Counted from the first letter of the stretch, positions 30,838-39,648 are shown. The stretch: 56,407 bases of DNA from Promethearchaeota archaeon (GCA_011364975.1 RDOE01000015.1:1-56407), one strand, 5' to 3'. Numbers and translations are program-made. Notes: generated by a model from the letters alone, not told the origin.

Positions 30838-32043
30838 ATGGAAAGGAGGAGCGAACTAGCTATGGATGAGAAAGAAGCTAAAATCAGAGGGCTCTTTGTG
30901 AAGATGTTGGAAGATGCCGCGAAGTATGCAGAAGAATATGAGTTTTACGAAGAAGATATGAAAGGATTCCACGAAGTAGTGCAATGGAAGTTTGGTTCTA
31001 TCAGGGGATATCAAATTTTCGACGAGACAGAGTATTCATTCAAGATCGATGAAGAGGCTGAAGTTCCGACTCTAGTACTAGGGTGCACTGATCTTGATCT
31101 GGCTTACCAGTTCCTTAATGACGAAATCAGTCATTGGCCAGCCTTTATGGGGACCAAATTCATGGTCGGTATGAAGGGTTCTGATGGAAAAATGAAGGAA
31201 AAGAAAATAGGAAAGCTAACTGGATTTGCCCCTGGAAATGCCCCTAGGCTTAGTTCCTCAAAAGAGAATGCTCCCGTCAAGCAAAGAAGTTTGTCTGCTC
31301 GCTTGTTGAGAATTCCTATATTTCGACCGATCATGGAGCGGACCGCAGACCCCGAGAACTCGAATGACGTTCGCATTCCAATCAATGAGTCCTTAGGCAC
31401 GTACGAGAACGAGTTAATATCGATCGCAGTTCTTGAATACTTCATAAACAAGGCAAGTCATGTCTACATCTTCCCGCAGTGCCCGTGTCGGGCGTTGGCC
31501 AATTGCAAGAATTATGATGCCTCCATCGGATGTATGGCACTGGGCAAGGGGGTCCTGAGGATGGAGACCTTTGGGAGGATCGGTACAAAAGAAGAGGCAT
31601 TGGAACGATCAAGACGTGCTGTTGCGGCTGGCCTCCTGCCTTCTCTGGGTAGAGTCAAATCCGATACGATCGTTTATAGGGCTCTGCCTGAACAAGGCGA
31701 TCTGATGCACATCTGCTTCTGTTGCCCCTGTTGCTGTGTCGAAGCCCACGGTAAGGATTCGCCAGAGTATCTGAGGGGGTGGCATCAAAAAATGGAGGGC
31801 GTATCCGTTACTGTCAATCCGAATCTTTGTAATGGATGCGAGAAATGCCTTGAGGTCTGTATCTACGGTGGAATGGAGGTCATCGACCATTTAGCCGTGA
31901 TTGATCGGGAGGGCAAGGATCGCTGCAAAGGTTGTGGAAGGTGCGAAAGGATATGCCCGACTGGAGCGATAAACATTACCATCGAGGAGGATGGTGTGGA
32001 TAGGATGATTGCTCGCATAGAATCATATGTAGACGTCAGCTAG
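30838..32043 (+). CDS. SCP2-like + Cys-rich Fe-S/2x[4Fe-4S] protein (paralog 7, GC-rich); start probably ATG 30862
   Basis: VQWKFG.IRGYQIF..YSFKI; CPCR, CFCCPCCC, two ferredoxin motifs; GGAGG precedes ATG 30862. Confidence 0.88.
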   Translation: MERRSELAMDEKEAKIRGLFVKMLEDAAKYAEEYEFYEEDMKGFHEVVQWKFGSIRGYQIFDETEYSFKIDEEAEVPTLVLGCTDLDLAYQFLNDEISHWPAFMGTKFMVGMKGSDGKMKEKKIGKLTGFAPGNAPRLSSSKENAPVKQRSLSARLLRIPIFRPIMERTADPENSNDVRIPINESLGTYENELISIAVLEYFINKASHVYIFPQCPCRALANCKNYDASIGCMALGKGVLRMETFGRIGTKEEALERSRRAVAAGLLPSLGRVKSDTIVYRALPEQGDLMHICFCCPCCCVEAHGKDSPEYLRGWHQKMEGVSVTVNPNLCNGCEKCLEVCIYGGMEVIDHLAVIDREGKDRCKGCGRCERICPTGAINITIEEDGVDRMIARIESYVDVS

Positions 32044-32102
32044 GGGGATGCTAGGTCTTACCATTATCATCTGAATATATTACAGGTATAACAGAAGGTG
32101 CT

Positions 32103-32756
32103 TCATTTTTTTTGGATCACTATAGCTCTACAAAAACTACTGTCTAATCCTTGAACTTTATATGGTAATGCCATGACATAGAAACGCTCATGAGTAATTT
32201 TATCCAGATTATCTACAAATTCAACAAAGTTAACGTCAAAACTCATTAAAATATCGTGAAATTGTCTGGTTTCTTCAATGTCCTCTCCAAAACGAATATA
32301 GTCTAGTACTATAAGCTTAGGTTTATATTTTGCAAGCCAATCTGCAGCACTAGGAGAAAGTTTTGGTAATCTATCCTCTCCTTCCATATATAATTGCAGT
32401 TTTGTTAGCTTAACTCCTGTATCATTCCTAATTACTACTATATCTCCTTCTTGAATAACATTTCCAATAGATTTTTCGCAGTATTCCCCATCTACTGTCA
32501 TTTCTTTTACCGATAAAAGTACTCCTGGACCATGAAACTGGTCCAAGGGATAATCTGTTATGGTTTTGCCATTTTCATAGAAATGTGCTCCCACTTCAAC
32601 ATGACAACCTACGTGAGAATGAGTTTTAAGAATGTCATAGCGGAATGTTTTATCTTGTAATAGTGCTTTTTGAATTGCGAAAGGTCGATCCGCATCTTCA
32701 CCAGGAATAACAGTATGGGAAATATCAATTACTTCATAATTATCTAAATTAAACAT
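32103..32756 (-). CDS. Cyclase / kynurenine formamidase-like metal hydrolase
   Basis: IDISH, HSHVGCHVEVGAH (variant of HxGTHxDxPxH), VE.VDNL, ALPYK..GLDSSFCRAI. Confidence 0.85.
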   Translation of the reverse strand: MFNLDNYEVIDISHTVIPGEDADRPFAIQKALLQDKTFRYDILKTHSHVGCHVEVGAHFYENGKTITDYPLDQFHGPGVLLSVKEMTVDGEYCEKSIGNVIQEGDIVVIRNDTGVKLTKLQLYMEGEDRLPKLSPSAADWLAKYKPKLIVLDYIRFGEDIEETRQFHDILMSFDVNFVEFVDNLDKITHERFYVMALPYKVQGLDSSFCRAIVIQKK

Positions 32757-32803
32757 ACAACATCAAATGATTATTACTTCTAAATTTTTTCTATAGAATT
32801 AGG

Positions 32804-33982
32804 TTAGGAAACATCTACACTCGCTTCAATCCTTCGGATTAACTCTTCGATTCTCTTCGGATCATCTAAGCTTATTGTTATAGCCCCATTTGGACAGACT
32901 CGTTCACATCGTCCGCAACCTAAACATTTATCTTGATGAACTTTAGCTATTCCATCTTCCATCTCCATTCCATCGAAGACACAGACTTTCAAGCATTCCT
33001 CACATCCTACGCAAAGTTCTTCATCAACCTTTACCGAGATTCCTTCAACCTTCTTGATAAGATTCGAAAGTTCTGTGGTTCCATAACGCCATTTTCCATT
33101 GATACAGCAACAGGGACAGCAAAAACATAACGTCATAAAATGGCCTCTATCAGGTACACCCATTGATTCTGATTCTAGTTTTAGCCGCCCAATAACTGTA
33201 ATCAGACCGTCATCATAAGCTTTTTTTACTCTATCCATTGCTTCTTCCCTAGTTCCAAAATGAGCCCGTTCTGGAGTGATCTTTGGAAAAACTTCCTTTA
33301 CATTTAAGGTATCTGAACCTAAATACATACAACCGATTGAATGATCATGATCTTGACACTGGTTATAAATCCTACAACCACAATAATGGAACATAAGAAA
33401 ATTTTCTGCTTTATTGATAAAATGTTCAAGTATCTTTAGAGGTAGGACTTTATCCTCATATGTTCCTAGCGATTCATTAATTGGAAGATAAGATCCATCG
33501 GTAATTTTAGGATTATACCATTTTTCCACTATGTCTCTAAAGATTGGAAGTCGAGTTATGGTAAAGGGGTGGTAAAATACTCCTTTGGTATAGCGCATAG
33601 TTAAAAGCAATTTAAGATTCTTAGTTTTCAGATTCTCCTCACCCACCCTAATTGGCTCCCACTTTTCTATAAAATAGAATTTTGCCTTCCGTTTATAAAA
33701 TAGGTAATTGAAATTATCGATCTCACCATTTAGAAGTTTTAAAGCAGTATTTATGTCTTTAATTTCTAAAGTTATATCCGGATTGTCAAGTACTTCCCCA
33801 AATTTATAGAAATATCCTCCATTATTAAATTCCTGAAATCCTTTAACTCCACAAATGTCCCACTGAATATTCAGGACGAAGTCCTTTAAATCCTCTTGTA
33901 GAATTGCATCTTTTTCCAAAGAATCCTCAAGATTCTCTAACATTTCTTTATATTTTTCTTCTATTAGGATAATTTCTTTCAA
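32804..33982 (-). CDS. SCP2-like + Cys-rich Fe-S/2x[4Fe-4S] protein (paralog 8)
   Basis: IQWDICGVKGFQEF..YKFGEVLDNPDITL; CGCR, CFCCPCCC, two ferredoxin motifs. Confidence 0.88.
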   Translation of the reverse strand: MKEIILIEEKYKEMLENLEDSLEKDAILQEDLKDFVLNIQWDICGVKGFQEFNNGGYFYKFGEVLDNPDITLEIKDINTALKLLNGEIDNFNYLFYKRKAKFYFIEKWEPIRVGEENLKTKNLKLLLTMRYTKGVFYHPFTITRLPIFRDIVEKWYNPKITDGSYLPINESLGTYEDKVLPLKILEHFINKAENFLMFHYCGCRIYNQCQDHDHSIGCMYLGSDTLNVKEVFPKITPERAHFGTREEAMDRVKKAYDDGLITVIGRLKLESESMGVPDRGHFMTLCFCCPCCCINGKWRYGTTELSNLIKKVEGISVKVDEELCVGCEECLKVCVFDGMEMEDGIAKVHQDKCLGCGRCERVCPNGAITISLDDPKRIEELIRRIEASVDVS

Positions 33983-34012
33983 TATTTTCCTCTTTTTTAT
34001 TTTAGATTTTGG

Positions 34013-35125
34013 TTAACTTACATCTACAAATTCTTCCATCTTTTTTATATATTCATCGAGACGTTTAGGATCATCAAGTTTGATATTAATTGCACCATTC
34101 GGGCATACTGGTTCACACCTACCGCATCCCAAGCACCTTTCTTGATCAATTACCGCCTTTCCATCAATTATATTTCTTCCGACGAATATGCATACTTCAA
34201 GACAAGTTCCACAGCCTACACACTTTTCGGAATCAACCTCAACGGTTAAACCTTCCATTCTTTTGAAACCTTGTATTTCTATTGTAGCATTTTGCCATAC
34301 TTTTCCGTTTACACAACAACAGGGACAGCAAAAACACATTGACATTATATGGCCAGTATCTGTTGCCCACCCATTTGTTTCACCCGGAGATCGACCAAAT
34401 ACAGGAATTAAACCATTCTTAATTGCTTTTTTTACATGTCTCAATGCTTCTTTTTGAGTAATGTAGCGTCCCTTTTCAGGAGGTAATTTAATACTTTTAA
34501 CATCATCACCAATATACATACATCCTAAGGTTTTATCATGGTCTTCACAATCGTGATAAACTCTACATCCACAGACGTTTTGGATATAGAAATGTTTTGC
34601 TTTTTTGATGAAATACTCAATTAATTTTTCAGGTAATAATTGATTTTCATACGTACCTAAAGACGTATTAATTGGGATGTAAGAACCATGTGTATTTTCA
34701 GGCTCTGTTCGCCTTACAGCAATTTCTCTAAAAATAGGAAGTTTAGTTAATATATAAGGATGATAAAATATACCTTTGGTATAAAAACCAGTTAAAAGAA
34801 GTCTTTCTTCAGCATATAACTTAAATTTACGTTTATAATAGATATAATGGTACCTTTCTAAATTTCCCTTCATAAAGTCTAATGTTAGTTCCCTATCTGC
34901 AAATTTAAGGGTAAGATCGACATCTTCTATTTCTTCTCCAAATCCATGGAAATAATTGCCATCTTCGAAAATTTGATAACCTTTAAGACCATTTAGAAAC
35001 CATTGGAATTTCATATTGATGTCTTTCCAATCCTTTTTTAAAACATCATCTGTGTCTATTAGATTATCTATATCATCTAACATCTTCTTAAAATATTTCT
35101 CAAGCTCAGCTTCTTGGTCAGACAT
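34013..35125 (-). CDS. SCP2-like + Cys-rich Fe-S/2x[4Fe-4S] protein (paralog 9)
   Basis: FQWFLNGLKGYQIF..FGEEIEDVDLTL; CGCR, CFCCPCCC, two ferredoxin motifs. Confidence 0.88.
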   Translation of the reverse strand: MSDQEAELEKYFKKMLDDIDNLIDTDDVLKKDWKDINMKFQWFLNGLKGYQIFEDGNYFHGFGEEIEDVDLTLKFADRELTLDFMKGNLERYHYIYYKRKFKLYAEERLLLTGFYTKGIFYHPYILTKLPIFREIAVRRTEPENTHGSYIPINTSLGTYENQLLPEKLIEYFIKKAKHFYIQNVCGCRVYHDCEDHDKTLGCMYIGDDVKSIKLPPEKGRYITQKEALRHVKKAIKNGLIPVFGRSPGETNGWATDTGHIMSMCFCCPCCCVNGKVWQNATIEIQGFKRMEGLTVEVDSEKCVGCGTCLEVCIFVGRNIIDGKAVIDQERCLGCGRCEPVCPNGAINIKLDDPKRLDEYIKKMEEFVDVS

Positions 35126-35189
35126 CTTCTATTACACTTTCTTTATACTTAGATTTATAATGTTGTGAATGAAATAAAAGGTCTTCTAA

Positions 35190-35204
35190 ATGCCCATCGT
35201 ACAT
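35190..35204 (-). promoter_or_regulatory. Putative operator, shared-motif copy (minus strand ATGTACGATGGGCAT)
   Basis: 64 nt upstream of 35125. Confidence 0.6.
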
Positions 35205-35412
35205 TGTAATTCATGCAATCTTAGAGATTTAGCGGCACTGGTTATTTATAGAAAAAACTTTGAAATGATAGACTAACTTTTTATTAAATAGAGATTTTAT
35301 TATAATATTAATTATTAATAAATCTGATTGATTAAGATTTATAATAATTTCCAAGGAATTTGAAAGATAATTCAATTTTACTAGTTTTGAATAAAATATA
35401 GAAGGGAACCCT

Positions 35413-36528
35413 ATGACTGAAATAAATGATGAGGTATATAGAGAGTTACAGAAAGCTTTAGATAAATTACCTATAGGTTATCCAGAAACAGAATCAGGGG
35501 TCGAAATAAGAATCTTAAAAAAGATATTTACTCCTGAACAAGCGTTTGTCGGTTCAAAGTTAGGATTTGAACTTAAAGCTTTGCAAGAAATCCATAAAAG
35601 TATAGAAAAAGAATCCTTTACCCTTGAAAGAGTGGAAAAAATCCTCGATGAGATGCATAAATTAGGTTTGATTTTAAGTGTTACGAGGAATGTCGAAGGT
35701 AATGATATCAAATTTTATGCCGCTACTGCTTTCATGCTTGGATTTTATGAATTTCAAATGAATAAAATGAATGAAGAGTTTGTGCATGATGTAGATCAAT
35801 TTTTTGAGGAAGCTTTTATGGATGAACTTAACAAAACCAAAATTCAACAATTAAGAACGATTCCTATAGAAACTGAAATTGGAGTTGAGAGGGATATTTC
35901 AAATTATGATAATTTTAGGTATTATCTCGAGAATTGTGGTGAACCTATTGTACTTAATGAATGTATTTGTCGCAAAAAAAATGATATTATCGGTAAGAGT
36001 TGCGAGAAAACAGATTTAAGGGAGTCCTGTTTTAGTTTCCGTTCGGCAGGTCAGGCATACTTAGATCGAGGAATGGGACGAGTTATTACTAAAGAGGAAG
36101 CACTTAAAATCATAGAGCAAGCTGAAAGAGAGGGATTAGTTCTTCAAGCAGGTAATTCTCAACGACCCATGTCTCTTTGTACTTGCTGTGGATGTTGCTG
36201 TAATCTTTTATATAATGAAAAGAGATTGGATGCTCCAGCCCAATTTTTAAATTCAAACTTTTTCGCTCAAGTTGATGAGGATCTTTGCAGTGGCTGTGGT
36301 GTTTGTGAGACTCGATGTCAAATGGACGCAATCGAAATTATCAATGACATTTCAAAAATTAACTTAGATAGGTGCATAGGATGCGGAGTGTGTGTCCCGA
36401 CCTGTCCTGAAGAGGCTATGACTCTAATTGATAAAGAGGAAAAAGATCGAACGATTCCTGCTAGAAATACCGTAGAAACCTATTTTAATATCGCTAAAAA
36501 GAAGGCAGAAATTTCTAAAAATCAATAA
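35413..36528 (+). CDS. Cys-rich Fe-S/2x[4Fe-4S] protein with a helical/wHTH-like N-terminus instead of SCP2 (paralog 10, divergent type)
   Basis: YRELQKALDKLPIGYP..SGVEIRILKKIFTPEQA; CICR..C..C, CTCCGCCC, CSGCGVCETRC, CIGCGVCVPTCP. Confidence 0.88.
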   Translation: MTEINDEVYRELQKALDKLPIGYPETESGVEIRILKKIFTPEQAFVGSKLGFELKALQEIHKSIEKESFTLERVEKILDEMHKLGLILSVTRNVEGNDIKFYAATAFMLGFYEFQMNKMNEEFVHDVDQFFEEAFMDELNKTKIQQLRTIPIETEIGVERDISNYDNFRYYLENCGEPIVLNECICRKKNDIIGKSCEKTDLRESCFSFRSAGQAYLDRGMGRVITKEEALKIIEQAEREGLVLQAGNSQRPMSLCTCCGCCCNLLYNEKRLDAPAQFLNSNFFAQVDEDLCSGCGVCETRCQMDAIEIINDISKINLDRCIGCGVCVPTCPEEAMTLIDKEEKDRTIPARNTVETYFNIAKKKAEISKNQ

Positions 36529-36560
36529 GGGCTATAATCTCTTCCGGAGCTATTTTATTT

Positions 36561-37751
36561 TTAACTTACATCTACATATGTTTCGAGTTTGTCAATTAAA
36601 GCTTTAACTCTTGTAGAATCATCAAATTCAATCGAAATTGCCTTATTAGGGCAAGTCATTTCGCACCTTCCGCAACCTAAGCATCGTTTCTGGTTTACGT
36701 GTGCTTTATCGTCTATAATCTCCATTCCCTTAAAGACACATACTTCGAGGCATTCTCCACATCCAACACAAATATCAGGATCAACTTCAACTGTCAATCC
36801 CTCAATCCTTTTATAGATTCTTGGATTGGAAGGACCGTGGGTAATCGCCTTTCCATTAACACAACAGCATGAACAACAAAAACACATGGACATCAAGTGA
36901 CCTGTGGGGTTTATAGTTCCTAGTAAAGGAATTAACCCTCCTTCAATTGCACGCCTAACTCGTTCCAAAGCTTCCTCCTTCGTTGTAAATCGTCCTGGAA
37001 CTTTTTCCCTCATACCCCATTCCAAATCTTCTAGATCAATATTCTTCGTTTCACTTCCTATATGCATGCAACCTATCGAGACATCGTGGTGTTTACATTC
37101 GTTTTTTAATCTACATCCACATATATCTTCCACGACGATACCGTCAGCTTTGTCGATAAAGTGTTTAAATACCTTATAAGGTATGACTTGATTTTCATAG
37201 GTTCCAAGCGATTGATTGATAGGTACATAAGATCCATAAAACTTTTCTTTAATCTCATTAGATAGGTCCCCTCTAAGTTTTCGGAACATAGGTATTTTTC
37301 CCAAGAAAAAAGGGTGATAAGTTTTACCTTCATCAAATCGGGCAGTAAAAAAGGGTTCTTTTGGTCTTAATACTTTTTTTTTCTCTTTGTCGGTTATTAT
37401 TGTCTCCTCTTTGGTGACATACTCAAATTCGATCATTCCCTTATATTCCTTGTCAAAGACATAAGTGTACAATATCCTTTCTCCACTTAGAAATTTACGA
37501 GCGGGTACGGGATCATTAAAAGTAATTGTCATATCTGGATTATCCAATACCTCACCAAATTTGTAAGAGTAGTTGTCTTTTTCGAAAATTTGGTAACCTC
37601 TAAGATCTAAGATTTCCCAATTGAGTTTCAATGAAAAATCTTTAATATCTTCGTTGTAGATTTCATCTTCTCTAGTTATTTTCTCTTGTTCTTTTAACAT
37701 TTTTTCGAAGAGTGTTTCTAACTCTTTATTATTTTCAGACATTATTTTCAA
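36561..37751 (-). CDS. SCP2-like + Cys-rich Fe-S/2x[4Fe-4S] protein (paralog 11)
   Basis: LNWEI..RGYQIFEKDNYSYKFGEVLDNPDMTI; CGCR, CFCCSCCC, two ferredoxin motifs. Confidence 0.88.
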   Translation of the reverse strand: MKIMSENNKELETLFEKMLKEQEKITREDEIYNEDIKDFSLKLNWEILDLRGYQIFEKDNYSYKFGEVLDNPDMTITFNDPVPARKFLSGERILYTYVFDKEYKGMIEFEYVTKEETIITDKEKKKVLRPKEPFFTARFDEGKTYHPFFLGKIPMFRKLRGDLSNEIKEKFYGSYVPINQSLGTYENQVIPYKVFKHFIDKADGIVVEDICGCRLKNECKHHDVSIGCMHIGSETKNIDLEDLEWGMREKVPGRFTTKEEALERVRRAIEGGLIPLLGTINPTGHLMSMCFCCSCCCVNGKAITHGPSNPRIYKRIEGLTVEVDPDICVGCGECLEVCVFKGMEIIDDKAHVNQKRCLGCGRCEMTCPNKAISIEFDDSTRVKALIDKLETYVDVS

Positions 37752-37790
37752 TTTTTTTTTTAATTCATGTTATCTATCTTTAGGAGATTA

Positions 37791-39470
37791 TTATTGAGCT
37801 TTCAAAGAGTTATCTTCAACATCGACTATAGATTCAATCTTAGCAATAAATTTATCGATTAATTCCTGATCTTGTATATCAAATGAAATAGCCTTTTCAG
37901 GGCACACTTTCACGCATCTTCCACAACCTACACAGAGTTTCGGATCTACAGATGACTTTCCCTGTTTAAGGATTCTCAAGTTGAAGGGGCAAACTTCGAC
38001 ACACTTCCCACAGCCGGTACATTTTTCTTCATCAAGCGTAATCGTCATACCTTCCAGTGGACCTGGATTATCACCACCCATACCCGTACCTGCACCAGCA
38101 CCAAGGCCATATTGGGCATATTTAACAGCAATACAACAACATTCACAGCAGAAACACCCGGATAGGAATTTGCCCGTGTCTTCTACTCCATGACCACCTT
38201 CTGCTTCCGCAACATTTCTCCCAAGTAATGGAACTAATCCTTCAGCCATTGCTTTAGTTAAATGTTCGAGAGCTTGTTCTTTTGTTGCTACATAGCCATG
38301 CCCCTCTGGAAGTACCATATTTTTGGTATCATCCCCCATAAAAATACAACCCAATTCGATCGAGTGATTTTTACATTCATAACGCTCACGACAAGGGCAT
38401 GTACGGAGGACTATATTACTCGCTTTATTGATGAAGTATTCAAATACTTTGTAGGGGACTGCAACATTCTCAAAATCCCCGAGGGGAAGATTAACTGGGA
38501 TATAATGCCCGTAATTTTCTCGCGTATCCTTTTCTTCGTCTTCGACCTGTGGGCCAACTTCAATTTTACCTAATTCACGGTAAAATGGGAACATTCCAAT
38601 AGCCATTGCGGATGCATCCCTATCTTTAAAAATAACGCTTAAAACTGCTTTCTTATAATAGATACTAAGTTTCTTGTCTACAATTCTTGCCGCATAATTT
38701 CCAGGAATCTTGGAGAGAAATCTTTTAGCATGTAGTGTATTTGGAAAAGTTAAAGTTACATCTGCATCCTCAATGTGTTTCCCAAATTCGTACTTATACC
38801 CATCCTCAGCAAAATGCTGGTATGCAATGTTTCCATTAATTTCCCAATTAATCTTCATTGGCTGCCCTTTAAAGTTCTTTTGATAAAGTTCTTCAGGCAT
38901 TTCTGCAGTTTCAACTAGCATGTCTTTCATTAGTAACGCAATTTCCCCCTCCTTGATGGGAGATATTGGATCTTCAGGTTCATCGCGTAATGGTAAGGTC
39001 TGTTGACTCGCACCCAGATCTTCGATGATTTCCTTGAAGAAGGGTATTTTAACTATAAATAATTGAGCATTTCCCACTTCCGCTTTTGTATGTGCTATAA
39101 AAAGATCTTCTTTTCTACATATCTGAAGGACATTGTTTTTATCTCGTGCCAAGGCAGGTCGACTTTTTTCGCCCCGAAGTAATTCTCTGATATATTCTAT
39201 ATCTTTATATATAAATGTGAAATCAGGATCATCAAGAAATTCGTCATATTTATAACTATATTTAGATGGCTCATAGAGTTGATACCCTGTATGACCGCTA
39301 ACATCAAAATTTACCTTATAAGTCCTCTGAAAACTGATTTTATATAGAGGATCTGAGACATCGACGGATTTTTCTAAAATTTTTTCTAAAAACAATTTAC
39401 TCAATTGTTCATCAGGTAATTCGCTATCGATATCTGCGAATATATTTGTTGTTTTTTTTGCTTCTACCAT
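37791..39470 (-). CDS. Tandem SCP2-like x2 + Cys-rich Fe-S/2x[4Fe-4S] protein (paralog 12)
   Basis: Two KVNFDV/KINWEI repeats; CPCRERYEC, CFCCECCC, CTGCGKCVEVCP, CVGCGRCVKVCP. Confidence 0.88.
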   Translation of the reverse strand: MVEAKKTTNIFADIDSELPDEQLSKLFLEKILEKSVDVSDPLYKISFQRTYKVNFDVSGHTGYQLYEPSKYSYKYDEFLDDPDFTFIYKDIEYIRELLRGEKSRPALARDKNNVLQICRKEDLFIAHTKAEVGNAQLFIVKIPFFKEIIEDLGASQQTLPLRDEPEDPISPIKEGEIALLMKDMLVETAEMPEELYQKNFKGQPMKINWEINGNIAYQHFAEDGYKYEFGKHIEDADVTLTFPNTLHAKRFLSKIPGNYAARIVDKKLSIYYKKAVLSVIFKDRDASAMAIGMFPFYRELGKIEVGPQVEDEEKDTRENYGHYIPVNLPLGDFENVAVPYKVFEYFINKASNIVLRTCPCRERYECKNHSIELGCIFMGDDTKNMVLPEGHGYVATKEQALEHLTKAMAEGLVPLLGRNVAEAEGGHGVEDTGKFLSGCFCCECCCIAVKYAQYGLGAGAGTGMGGDNPGPLEGMTITLDEEKCTGCGKCVEVCPFNLRILKQGKSSVDPKLCVGCGRCVKVCPEKAISFDIQDQELIDKFIAKIESIVDVEDNSLKAQ

Positions 39471-39628
39471 TTTAATTTTCTTTACATTTAATTATCATAA
39501 TATTGAATAATCAATTTATTCAATTCATAAATTGATAAACATAAATGATTAATTTATATTATATTTAATCAATCTTTAATATATTTATAATATATCATTA
39601 CTAATTACTACAGAATTTAATTATAACG

Positions 39629-39648
39629 CTAATATTATATAATATTAG
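39629..39648. repeat. Perfect 20-bp palindrome CTAATATTATATAATATTAG
   Basis: Seen directly, 52 nt upstream of 39701; very AT-rich, so function is uncertain. Confidence 0.5.

Noticed and set aside
30600-32100. IS or integrative element explaining the GC-rich segment
   Set aside because: No transposase, integrase, terminal inverted repeats or target-site duplication could be seen.
11540-39470. Repeated DNA segments (e.g. tgtttctgctg, ggttgtggaaga) suggesting a repeat array or CRISPR
   Set aside because: They are conserved codons of paralogous Cys motifs inside genes; there is no fixed repeat-spacer periodicity and no cas gene.
11540-39470. Calling the Fe-S paralogs reductive dehalogenases, hydrogenase subunits, Hdr or Rnf subunits
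   Set aside because: No TAT signal, cobalamin-binding region, flavin-binding motif, CCG motif or partner subunits are visible; only the dicluster part is shared.
11540-39470. Selenocysteine recoding in the Cys-rich proteins
   Set aside because: All Cys motifs are complete with TGT/TGC codons, and no ORF appears cut short by an in-frame TGA.
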